26,979 nucleotides of DNA. Source: Candidatus Iainarchaeum sp. (GTDB lineage: Archaea > Iainarchaeota > Iainarchaeia > Iainarchaeales > GCA-2688035). Both the position numbers and the translations under genes were made by a program. Below, one piece after another: positions 18,541 through 26,694 of this stretch. Every line of letters starts with the position of its first letter. Within the stretch, counting starts at the first letter, position 1. Under the pieces are notes generated by a model. That model did not search any database. It saw only the letters and a program-made list of their open reading frames with translations, and was not told where the DNA came from. The DNA is taken from positions 1 through 26,979 of the forward strand of contig JAFCFG010000006.1 in assembly GCA_017608725.1 (NCBI GenBank), in the 5' to 3' direction.

Positions 18541-19074
18541 CTACATCTTCCCAAGAATCTTCCTGTCGGTTTCAAGAATCTTTTCCATAACGGTTTTCAG
18601 GGCCTTGTTTAAGGCCTTTAAATCAGAAACCTGCTTTTCAAGGCTGCCCAGCCTTTGGTTTGCTGCTGCAAGCATGTCAACTAGTTCTTTGTTGCTTGGT
18701 GCCTCTGTTAAACTGTGGATTTTTCCAAGCTTTTGCTCGACCCTGCCAACCTTCCTGCCCAATTCCTCAAGCCTTTCACCGTGGTCTGCAATTGCAGCCT
18801 GCGTGGTTGCATGCATTGCCTCCTGGGCAGCAAGCTCTTCCTCAACCCTGCTGCTTGCCATCTGCTTAATCGGGGGAGAAGGCCTTGCAGTTGGGGCTGG
18901 CGCTGCAGCAGCTGGCTTTTCTTCAATTGGCTGGCCCTTTGCCTCTGCCATATAGGCCTCTATTTCCCTCTCATTCAAACCAACGTCAAGCAGGGTTTGC
19001 TTTACAACGCTGTCCTCAATTCCAGAGTCGTACATTTTCTTAATTGTCTCCAGTACAACCGCTTTGTTTACCAT
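18541..19074 (-). CDS. Hypothetical protein (177 aa): small N-terminal helical domain, Pro/Ala linker, C-terminal coiled coil
   Basis: GGAAGG RBS-like motif upstream on the minus strand, heptad pattern in RLEELGRKVGRVEQKL and RLGSLEKQVSDLKALNKAL, and a natural amino-acid composition. Confidence 0.8.
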   Translation of the reverse strand: MVNKAVVLETIKKMYDSGIEDSVVKQTLLDVGLNEREIEAYMAEAKGQPIEEKPAAAAPAPTARPSPPIKQMASSRVEEELAAQEAMHATTQAAIADHGERLEELGRKVGRVEQKLGKIHSLTEAPSNKELVDMLAAANQRLGSLEKQVSDLKALNKALKTVMEKILETDRKILGKM

Positions 19075-19295
19075 GCAACCAGTTCCTTCCTTTTTTCCTT
19101 CAATTATTGAATTTTGATTTTCAAAATTTTCTTGCAGGGCTTGAAATCAAACAAATTCCGATTATTGGCCAATTGAAAGTTTTATATTTTACTTATAATA
19201 ATATTATACTTATTTAAATAACTGCTGGATTATAATAGCTGGGGAACCAGTGCGAAATTGAAAAACTGTTGGATTATGGCTGTGAGTGAAAAGGG

Positions 19296-20822
19296 ATGAT
19301 ATTCAAATTAAGGCAGGGGCCTTGGACAACCGTTTTCGAAGGCAAGTTTCTTGGCCATGAGGTTGAACTGCTCCAAAACGAAGAAGGGCTGCTGCTGACA
19401 GTTATCTACGAGAAGGAAGGCGAAGAAACAAGGGGAATGCTGCTGCAGGCATTCACGCTGTTTCACGCAATCGGAGAGGTCCAGGGCTTTGTTGAAGGCC
19501 TGGGCAACGAAGCGCTTACTTTTTCAAGGCACGATGGAAAAAGCACCATTCACTTTCTAATAGCTGGCTCGAAACCAGAGTACAGCAGGGTTGTTGAGGA
19601 ATCAGTGACAGACACTGTTGACAGGCTAATAGAGCAGGCAAGGCAAAGGGGGAAAAGGCTGTCAAACATATCAAAGACTTATGAGCTGCAGCTAACGCCC
19701 TTGCAGGAGTGCAGCAGAAACGTAAAGCAAATCTTCTTCAGCCAACCGTTCATCATTCCGCTGCTTCAAAAGGTTGAACAAGGCAAAGAACAGGAGCCAG
19801 CTGCTGAGCTGGTGTCAGAGCCAAGGCAGGGGGAAGCAATCATACTTGGAATAACGAAGGACGAAAAGCAGGTTAAGGAGCCGCTGCTGTTCTTCAAAAA
19901 CACGCTTGTTGAAGGCAAGCCAGAGCAGGAGAGGCTGCACTTCCTATGCCTCCTAATAGAGAGTGCTCTTATCTCCAACATAGTTGTGATAATATTTGAT
20001 GAGGGGCACTACTTCGATGGCTTGAGAAGGCCGAATAGGAATGTTCCACTGCTTCAAAGGTACAAGGTTGCAATAGAGCCGATTGGCTTCCCAGTAAAAA
20101 ACTTCAAGGCGGCGGACGATATAAAGGTTGATTTAAGCAGCGTCAGCATAGAGGGGCTGATGCAGACATTTGGGTGCCCTGCAGCAACATGCCAATTGGT
20201 CCATGAGGGAATTGAAAACAAAGGCATTCAAAGCATGGAAAAACTGATTGAAACGGTTAATACAGCAAAGGGCCAAGAGAGAACGTTTTTGTTTGAAAGA
20301 AACAGGGTCAAGAGAATAATCAAGCTCATTGAGGTGCTTTACCCGGGGCTTTTTGGTGCAGGAAACGACATGCAGCAGATTGCAAGAGGTTGGTTTAAGG
20401 CAATTGGCAGGGCAAGCGTTATTCAAGTAGATGGGTTGGACGGGCGGGCCAGGGCTGTCCTGGTTAACAGTTTTTTAAACGAGTTGGCAGCATTCTTCAA
20501 ACAAAGGCATGGCAAGGGGGAACTGGAGGCAATTGTTGTTCTGCCAAATGCTGCAAAAATATTTCCAAGAAAGCAAACAATTCTGAGCAAGGACTCGGTA
20601 AATGCTCTGAAGCTGCTGCAGCAAACCGGGGTTGGATTTGCTATGACAGCTGACAGAATCCTTGACTTGGATGCAGAGCTTGCTGAAATGGCTGATGCAA
20701 CAGTAAGCATTGTCAAAGCAAACGATGCAGCCATTCAATTGAAGGGCAGGAAGAGCTACAGGGTTTTGCTGAGGCCAGGCCTTAGCGAGTGCACAGGGGA
20801 CCGGCAAACAGGGCAAAAATAG
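19296..20822 (+). CDS. HerA/FtsK-superfamily (DUF853/YjgR-like) ATPase homolog with degenerate catalytic motifs
   Basis: The motif order matches HerA-like ATPases: IILG...TLVEG(P-loop position)...LIESAL...VVIIFD..YFDGL...FPV, then GRASVI..D...LNEL...IVVLPNAAKIF (Walker B position)...GVGFAMTADRILDLD. The Walker A GK[ST] and Walker B DE residues are absent. The family call is from pattern recognition, not a profile search. Confidence 0.6.
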   Translation: MIFKLRQGPWTTVFEGKFLGHEVELLQNEEGLLLTVIYEKEGEETRGMLLQAFTLFHAIGEVQGFVEGLGNEALTFSRHDGKSTIHFLIAGSKPEYSRVVEESVTDTVDRLIEQARQRGKRLSNISKTYELQLTPLQECSRNVKQIFFSQPFIIPLLQKVEQGKEQEPAAELVSEPRQGEAIILGITKDEKQVKEPLLFFKNTLVEGKPEQERLHFLCLLIESALISNIVVIIFDEGHYFDGLRRPNRNVPLLQRYKVAIEPIGFPVKNFKAADDIKVDLSSVSIEGLMQTFGCPAATCQLVHEGIENKGIQSMEKLIETVNTAKGQERTFLFERNRVKRIIKLIEVLYPGLFGAGNDMQQIARGWFKAIGRASVIQVDGLDGRARAVLVNSFLNELAAFFKQRHGKGELEAIVVLPNAAKIFPRKQTILSKDSVNALKLLQQTGVGFAMTADRILDLDAELAEMADATVSIVKANDAAIQLKGRKSYRVLLRPGLSECTGDRQTGQK

Positions 20823-21104
20823 TTTTTGGCTGCCTCTCCTTTCCCATCCAAGAATTTTTCCCCGGCAATTTTTTCTTTTCAAAAAAAATAGTTTTTGGGG
20901 TTTCCTTCCAATTGTTCAATTGCTTTCTTCTTTTTTCCTTCCAATTGTTTTTTCCTTCAAAAAAAATTTAATTTTTCTTTTTTTCTTGTTTTTCCATTAA
21001 AAATCTGCCTTCTCTTTTTTTCAGTTGCTTTTTTTCCCTTTAAAAAATCTTTTTTTGTTCTTAATTTGGCTTTTCCCCTTTGTTCCTATTTTTTCCCTCA
21101 GAAT
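20815..21104. repeat. Pyrimidine-rich low-complexity tract between convergent genes, with 15-bp and 16-bp direct repeats; possible terminator region
   Basis: AAAAATAGTTTTTGG at 20815-20829 (spanning TAG 20820-20822) and 20884-20898; TTTCCTTCCAATTGTT at 20901-20916 and 20934-20949; many oligo-T runs on the + strand. Confidence 0.7.
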
Positions 21105-21578
21105 TCATTTTTTCTTTTTCCTCTTCTTTTTTCTTTTAACGCCCTTTTCCCCCAACATTTCCCTTGCCTGGTCAATTGTTACAAACTGCAGCGGGTTAAT
21201 TGAGTCAACAACGTAATGCATTTCCTGCAGTTCTTCCTTTGAGGCAGCCCTCTCTTTCAGGGATTGCAGCTCGGCCCGTAATGCACTTATCTGCCTGCTA
21301 CTCTCCTCAACCCTCTCTTGCAAAAGCTGCAGCTGCTCCTTTCCGATGCCAGAGCCTGTGACAGAGCCAAACTGGCCTGCTGCAAGCTTCTCCTCCAAAG
21401 CCTTTAGCTTCTTGTGCAATACAATCAAATTCCTGCCAAGAATCTTCTCATTTCTTACCAAATACTTTATTTTCTGGGTTATTATCAGAACACTGCTGTT
21501 TAGGCTCCTCATGTCATCGTGCATTCTTGCAAGCAAAATCTTGGCCTTTACAGGTTTCCCTTTTCCACCACTAGCCAT
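21105..21578 (-). CDS. Hypothetical coiled-coil protein (157 aa)
   Basis: GAGG RBS-like motif upstream on the minus strand, two heptad segments (LHKKLKALEEKL; LQERVEESSRQISALRAELQSLKE), and the C-terminal segment ELQEMHYVVDSINPLQF. Confidence 0.8.
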   Translation of the reverse strand: MASGGKGKPVKAKILLARMHDDMRSLNSSVLIITQKIKYLVRNEKILGRNLIVLHKKLKALEEKLAAGQFGSVTGSGIGKEQLQLLQERVEESSRQISALRAELQSLKERAASKEELQEMHYVVDSINPLQFVTIDQAREMLGEKGVKRKKKRKKKK

Positions 21579-21740
21579 AATTGCCTCAAACCTGTTAATT
21601 AAAACAACAAACTAGTATTAAATAATTTAGTTGGCCCATGTTGCCAATCTAAATAGGAGGCAATTAATGTTGCTTTAATTTCCAAGAAGCCAACAAACGA
21701 ATATTAAATGATTTAGTTGATTCTAATTAAGGGGGGACAT

Positions 21741-24146
21741 ATGGGTGAAAAAACCGCCAAGGGCATTCTTCTTGATGTTGGATACACGAACCAGGGCGAA
21801 AAAAGTGTAATAAGGCTGTACGTGAAAACAGAGAAGGGCATAGAAATATTCGAGGATTACTCCTTCAAACCCTATTTCTTTGTAACAGTGAATGATTTGG
21901 AAAGAGCAAAGAAAGCCATTGGAGAAGCAGCCTTCAAAGATGGAGGAAAGGTTGCAGGCATTGAAGAAGTGAAGAGAGCAAATGCTGAAAAGGTCCTGAA
22001 GCTTTCTTTTGAGAACGTGCAGCAGCTTGTTGCTGCAAGGGCAGAGGTTGAGGCAATTCCCTCTGTTCTGGGAAAGGCAGAGCACGATATCCCCTTTGCA
22101 AAGCGCTGGCTGCTGGACCACGAACTGCAGCCAATGAACGGAGTAGAGCTACTGCTAGGGGACAAAGGGATTAAAAAAGCCTGTTTAGTTGACTTGGCAG
22201 GGCCGAGATTCAACATCGCGGCATTTGATTTGGAAACACTGAGCCCTGGTCGGTTCTCTGACCCAAAAAAAGACCCTATTATAATGATTTCATTGGCGCT
22301 GCCTGGAAAAACAGCTGTGTTAAGCTACGGCAAATGGAGAAAGGCAGGAAAGGTGCAGTTGTTTGAACAGGAAAGGGGAATGATTGAAGCCCTTCGGAAA
22401 AAACTAAGGAGAGGAAAGCTGGATGTGATTGCAACATACAACGGGGATTTGTTTGACTTCCCTTACATAAAGGAAAGGTCAGAGAAGCTTGGGTTGAAAT
22501 TCAGCGTGGGGAGCGATGGCTCATTGCCAAAAACAATAAAGAAAGGCAGGGGCAGTGCTGTGAAGCTTGCTGGCATACAGCACCTGGATGTTTACCAAAT
22601 GCTTAGGTTTTTATCAAGGTTTGCTGTCGTTAACCTGGTCAAGTTTGATTTGGAGAGCGTTGTTGCTGGCTTGTACGGCAAGAAAAAGGAAAAGGTTGGG
22701 AGTGAGGAAATCAACGCCATCTGGCATGGAAAAAAAAGCCTGGAAAGGCTTGCAAACTACTGCGGAGAGGATTCAGAGTACACTCTCGAGATTGCAGAGC
22801 AGTACATGCCTCTGCTTGTAGAACTGTGCAAGATTGTGAAACAGCCATTGTTTGAGATTGGAAGGGCAAGTGCTTCAATGCTGGTGGAATACCTTATAAT
22901 GGACAAGTGCAGGGAAACCTCAAGACTGATTGCAAACAAGCCGGATGATGCAACAGTGCAGCAGAGGCTGATGCATCCAATAAAGGGGGGCTATGTAAAG
23001 GAGCCATTGTCTGGCCTGCATGAAAACATTGCAGTTTTGGACTTTAGCTCTTTGTACCCGACCATAATAATCAGCCACAATGTAAGCCCTGACACCCTTG
23101 GTTGTAAGCACGAAGAATGCAGGGAAAAGAACCTTGCGCCAAACAAGCACTGGTTCTGCAGCAAGAAAAAGGGCTTGATTCCGGAGATTCTTGATTCATT
23201 GTTTGAGAAAAGAATTAAGATAAAAAGGCAGGCGAAGAAGCTTGAAAGAGATGACAAAGGGTTTGTGTTATTGAATGCAAGGCAGCATGCATTGAAGATT
23301 TTGTTGAACTCTTTCTATGGCTACTTGCTTTACAGCAGGAGCAGGTTCTACAGCAGGGAGGCTGGTTCAGCCATAACAGCCTGGGCAAGGCAGTATGTGC
23401 AATGGGTTGGCAGGGAAGCAGAGAGGGCAGGCTTCAAGCTTCTTTACAGTGACACAGACAGTGCACTTTTGGTTATTCCAAAGGAGAAGGAAAGGAAGGA
23501 TGTTGAAGCATTTGTCAGGGAAATTAACAGGCAGTTGCCCGGTGTAATGAACCTTGAGCTGGAGGGCTTTTTCAAAAGGGGGATTTTTGTAACGAAAGAG
23601 AGTGGCGAGGGTGCAAAGAAAAGGTATGCATTGATTGATTACAAAGGGAATTTAAAAATAGTTGGTTTTGAATATGTCAGAAGAGACTGGGCAAGGATTG
23701 CAAAGGAAACCCAGAGGCAGGTGCTCAAAGCAATACTTGAAGAGGGCAACCCAGAAAAGGCGATCAAAATCGTTAAGAATAAAATAAAGGATTTGAAAGA
23801 GGGAAAAGTATCAAAAGGGGAGTTGGTTATTCTAACACAGTTGAAGAGGCCATTGGACAAGTATGAGAGCATTGGGCCGCATGTTGCAGCTGCAAAGAAA
23901 GCTGTTGCAAGGGGAAAGGAGATTGGGGTTGGAAGCGTAATTGGCTACATCATAACAAGGAGCGGAAAAAGCATTAGTGACAGGGCACAGCTTGCAGAAT
24001 ATGTTAATGAAGGAAACTATGACCCAGGCTACTACATTCAAAACCAGGTTCTGCCAGCTGTAATGAAGATTATAAGGGAATTTGATATTAGCAAGGAAGA
24101 CCTGCTGCAGGGCGGAAAACAGTCAAAACTCGGTAGATTTGGCTGA
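21741..24146 (+). CDS. polB: Family B DNA polymerase (archaeal, 801 aa) with 3'-5' exonuclease domain
   Basis: Exo I FDLET, Exo II YNGDLFDFPY, Exo III YCGED; polymerase motif A DFSSLYPTIIISHNVSPDT, motif B KILLNSFYGY, motif C YSDTDS, and GFEYVRRDW. ATG 21741 follows GGGGGGA. No intein-sized insertion. Confidence 0.97.
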   Translation: MGEKTAKGILLDVGYTNQGEKSVIRLYVKTEKGIEIFEDYSFKPYFFVTVNDLERAKKAIGEAAFKDGGKVAGIEEVKRANAEKVLKLSFENVQQLVAARAEVEAIPSVLGKAEHDIPFAKRWLLDHELQPMNGVELLLGDKGIKKACLVDLAGPRFNIAAFDLETLSPGRFSDPKKDPIIMISLALPGKTAVLSYGKWRKAGKVQLFEQERGMIEALRKKLRRGKLDVIATYNGDLFDFPYIKERSEKLGLKFSVGSDGSLPKTIKKGRGSAVKLAGIQHLDVYQMLRFLSRFAVVNLVKFDLESVVAGLYGKKKEKVGSEEINAIWHGKKSLERLANYCGEDSEYTLEIAEQYMPLLVELCKIVKQPLFEIGRASASMLVEYLIMDKCRETSRLIANKPDDATVQQRLMHPIKGGYVKEPLSGLHENIAVLDFSSLYPTIIISHNVSPDTLGCKHEECREKNLAPNKHWFCSKKKGLIPEILDSLFEKRIKIKRQAKKLERDDKGFVLLNARQHALKILLNSFYGYLLYSRSRFYSREAGSAITAWARQYVQWVGREAERAGFKLLYSDTDSALLVIPKEKERKDVEAFVREINRQLPGVMNLELEGFFKRGIFVTKESGEGAKKRYALIDYKGNLKIVGFEYVRRDWARIAKETQRQVLKAILEEGNPEKAIKIVKNKIKDLKEGKVSKGELVILTQLKRPLDKYESIGPHVAAAKKAVARGKEIGVGSVIGYIITRSGKSISDRAQLAEYVNEGNYDPGYYIQNQVLPAVMKIIREFDISKEDLLQGGKQSKLGRFG

Positions 24147-24212
24147 AGGGAAAGGAAAGAAAATCTTTTATTCTAAAAGCGTGTAATGGGTATTAAAAAG
24201 AAGTAATTGAAA

Positions 24213-26438
24213 ATGAGGATTCTGCAATACCTGTGCGTCATTGCATTGGCAGTGCTTATGCTTGGTGCAGGCAACGCTATTTTTTACGGTATATGTGATG
24301 AGGCAAGGATTACAACAGACAAAACACTGGAGTGCAAAATAACTGAACCAAAGCACAATTTTACCCAGGAAAGCATTGATGTGTTCTGGGAAAGTGTGGA
24401 AGGAGACCAGAATTACTTGCTGGGGGAAATAGAAAATGTTCACTGGATAATCAACGGAACTGTTGTCAGGGTCATTGAAGATGTGCACTTTGTTGAAACC
24501 AGCAGGGTGGATATGCCCTGGGACTTAACACTGAGGGGAGACGCTAACACGCAATATGAAATCAACCGGGACCAAAATAAGTGGATGCAGACAGAGGGAA
24601 CACACACTGCAATCACAACGCCAAGCATTGGGCTTATTGAGCCAGTTATACATTTCTCGCCCCTAGGCGGGAGAAGAACAATTAGAAACCTTGTATTGGA
24701 AAACCCGGGTGGCTTTGCCACCCATATCTCAGGCAATGTTGTTAAGCCTATGGAAATTGATATAGAGGGCCATCTAAGCCTTACAGAATCATTCATGGAA
24801 AACATTGGCCTGTTGAAAGCCAAAGGCATTTACTTGAATGAATTGAGTTACCTGAAAAATGTTGGAAAAATAGAGGCGGAAAACCTTTCACTGGCCACAA
24901 GGTGCAAAATTGATTCAATCGGCGAATTGGGCAAGATAGCAATCGAATTGAAAAACAGTGCAACAGGATTGCAGTTGAGCACAGACAGCAGCATAGAAAA
25001 CCTGCTTGGCAGCATATCTGTTGATGGGGACATAAGCCTGAGTATAGACAGCAGCATTAAAACAACAAGCCCTCAGGCAGAGGAGGTCATACAAGGTATT
25101 GACGCAAAGAACATGAGTTTAAGCGGGACAAGCGAAATTATGGGGGTGGGCGGCAGCCCAGGCGCAATTGTACTGCAAGGCAGCTTGTCGCTAGACCAGA
25201 ACAGCTCGATTGCAGGAAGGAAAGGGAACTCAATCAAAAAAATAGAAGCAGGCAATTTGAGCCTGGCAAACGGCAGCTGGCTTTGGAACATTGAAGAAAT
25301 TTTGAAGGTAACTGGCGACAGCCAATTCAGAATGACCAGTGGGGCGCAAATACTGTCATTGCAGGGAAGCATTGAGAGCTGTGCACCCATTGCAATGAGC
25401 GGGAGCAATACAAAGATTATGTTCACAGAGGCAGGGGAAAGGGAACTGAGAGCCCCTGGCCTTGACCTAAACGATGATGCAAAAATAGTTTGCTTGGGCC
25501 GGATGACTTGTGACTACAATTTTGTAAGGCATGAGTGTGGAAGTGACCCTGTAGCAGAGCTTGGCATAAGTGGAAACATTCAGGGCGATGCCCCCTTTGC
25601 TGTTTTGTTCACTGGCAGTTGCTCTGACAAGGAAGGCCTGGTAAGCTGCAAAATAGACTTTGGGGATGGAACAGGGGAAGAGGAATTTATTGGAACGGCT
25701 GTTCACATCTACAACTATGTTGGAACTTACACCGCTACTTTGACAGCAGTAGACTCGCATGAAAACGTAGCCAAGGCAACAAAAGTTGTAAATGTAACGG
25801 GGCAGTCTGTATTGCCACCGCCGCCTGACCAAAACCAAGGAAGGGCAGACCTGGAAATCAGGGTTTTCCCGCAAACAGTTGAGCAGGGTGAAATACTGTT
25901 TGTGCAAATCGATTCAGATTCAAGGATTGAAAGCTTTTCACTTGAGAACGATGCTGGCCTGGAGGAAATAACAACAGCGCCAGAACACTTGCCTGCAAGA
26001 GTCGGGCCCTTTAGGGTAAGCAAAACCACAAAGCCTGGGACCTATTACTTTATGGTCAGGGCCACTGTAAGGGGGGGCAGAGAATTTGAGGAAAGGGTTT
26101 CCTTCACTGTTGAGGAAAAGCCGGTTAGCTTCTCAGTTGAAAGCTTTTTGCCCATGGCCCTAATCTTTGTTGTAGTGCTTGCTGTAATTGCAGTGCTGAC
26201 TTGGAAGCTATCAAAAGAGGGCAAACTAAGGATAAGGAAAAAGAAGGAGGGGGAAGGGGAAGAAAGGAAAGGGGAAGAGGAAAAGAAGGAGGAAAAGAAG
26301 AAGCCGGAGGAAAGGGCTGTAGAGGAAATGAAGGAGAAGAATCCAATGGCGGACATAATGCCGTTGGAGGAAATGAAGGAGAACGAGCTGCCGCCCTGGC
26401 TAAAGGAAGAGAAAGGAAAAAAGCAGGAGGAGATGTAA
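24213..26438 (+). CDS. Secreted, C-terminally anchored cell-surface protein (741 aa) with beta-helix-like repeats, a PKD domain and an Ig-like domain
   Basis: Signal-peptide-like MRILQYLCVIALAVLMLGAGNA; repeats of the type LSL..SSI; PKD signature F.GS..D..G...IDFGDG...HIY...GTYTATLTAVD; C-terminal TM segment LPMALIFVVVLAVIAVLTW followed by a K/E-rich tail. Confidence 0.8.
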   Translation: MRILQYLCVIALAVLMLGAGNAIFYGICDEARITTDKTLECKITEPKHNFTQESIDVFWESVEGDQNYLLGEIENVHWIINGTVVRVIEDVHFVETSRVDMPWDLTLRGDANTQYEINRDQNKWMQTEGTHTAITTPSIGLIEPVIHFSPLGGRRTIRNLVLENPGGFATHISGNVVKPMEIDIEGHLSLTESFMENIGLLKAKGIYLNELSYLKNVGKIEAENLSLATRCKIDSIGELGKIAIELKNSATGLQLSTDSSIENLLGSISVDGDISLSIDSSIKTTSPQAEEVIQGIDAKNMSLSGTSEIMGVGGSPGAIVLQGSLSLDQNSSIAGRKGNSIKKIEAGNLSLANGSWLWNIEEILKVTGDSQFRMTSGAQILSLQGSIESCAPIAMSGSNTKIMFTEAGERELRAPGLDLNDDAKIVCLGRMTCDYNFVRHECGSDPVAELGISGNIQGDAPFAVLFTGSCSDKEGLVSCKIDFGDGTGEEEFIGTAVHIYNYVGTYTATLTAVDSHENVAKATKVVNVTGQSVLPPPPDQNQGRADLEIRVFPQTVEQGEILFVQIDSDSRIESFSLENDAGLEEITTAPEHLPARVGPFRVSKTTKPGTYYFMVRATVRGGREFEERVSFTVEEKPVSFSVESFLPMALIFVVVLAVIAVLTWKLSKEGKLRIRKKKEGEGEERKGEEEKKEEKKKPEERAVEEMKEKNPMADIMPLEEMKENELPPWLKEEKGKKQEEM

Positions 26439-26479
26439 ATCCTGGAAATTGGCGGGAGGAGATGTAAATCCCGGAAATT
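26426..26479 (+). repeat. 25-bp direct repeat (1 mismatch, period 29) spanning the stop codon TAA 26436-26438
   Basis: GGAGGAGATGTAAATCCTGGAAATT (26426-26450) and GGAGGAGATGTAAATCCCGGAAATT (26455-26479). Confidence 0.85.
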
Positions 26480-26612
26480 AAATTCAAAGGGAAACAAAAA
26501 ATAAAAAAGGGAAAAAATAATCTATAACCCAAAAAAATAAATTGAAACAAAAAAAGTTAAATTAAAAAATAAATTGAATTCAAAGGGAAAATAATCCAAC
26601 AGCATAACAGCA

Positions 26613-26694
26613 GGTGCCGAATACTTTTAAGCTTAATGCCATTAATTCCTCCAATTCTGGAGACAGGGTGCCGAATACTTTTAAGCTTAATGCC
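26613..26694. repeat. Perfect 28-bp direct repeat separated by a 26-bp spacer containing a hairpin
   Basis: GGTGCCGAATACTTTTAAGCTTAATGCC at 26613-26640 and 26667-26694. Each copy contains the palindrome TTAAGCTTAA, and the spacer contains CTCCA-ATTC-TGGAG (26649-26662). Confidence 0.9.

Noticed and set aside
19276-19299. 7-codon upstream ORF (MAVSEKG) overlapping the HerA-like start codon in an ATGA arrangement
   Set aside because: Too short to distinguish from chance, and there is no supporting evidence for a leader peptide.
20789-21216. Phe-rich + strand ORFs (20789-20971, 20895-21203, 21025-21216)
   Set aside because: These are translations of the T-rich low-complexity tract, and they partly overlap real genes.
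21741-24146. PolB as a marker of a casposon, virus or Polinton-like element, or an intein-containing or inactive polymerase
   Set aside because: The size and motifs are those of an ordinary cellular archaeal PolB with all catalytic residues intact and no insertion. No Cas1, integrase, capsid gene or terminal inverted repeats were seen, and the housekeeping gene map is nearby.
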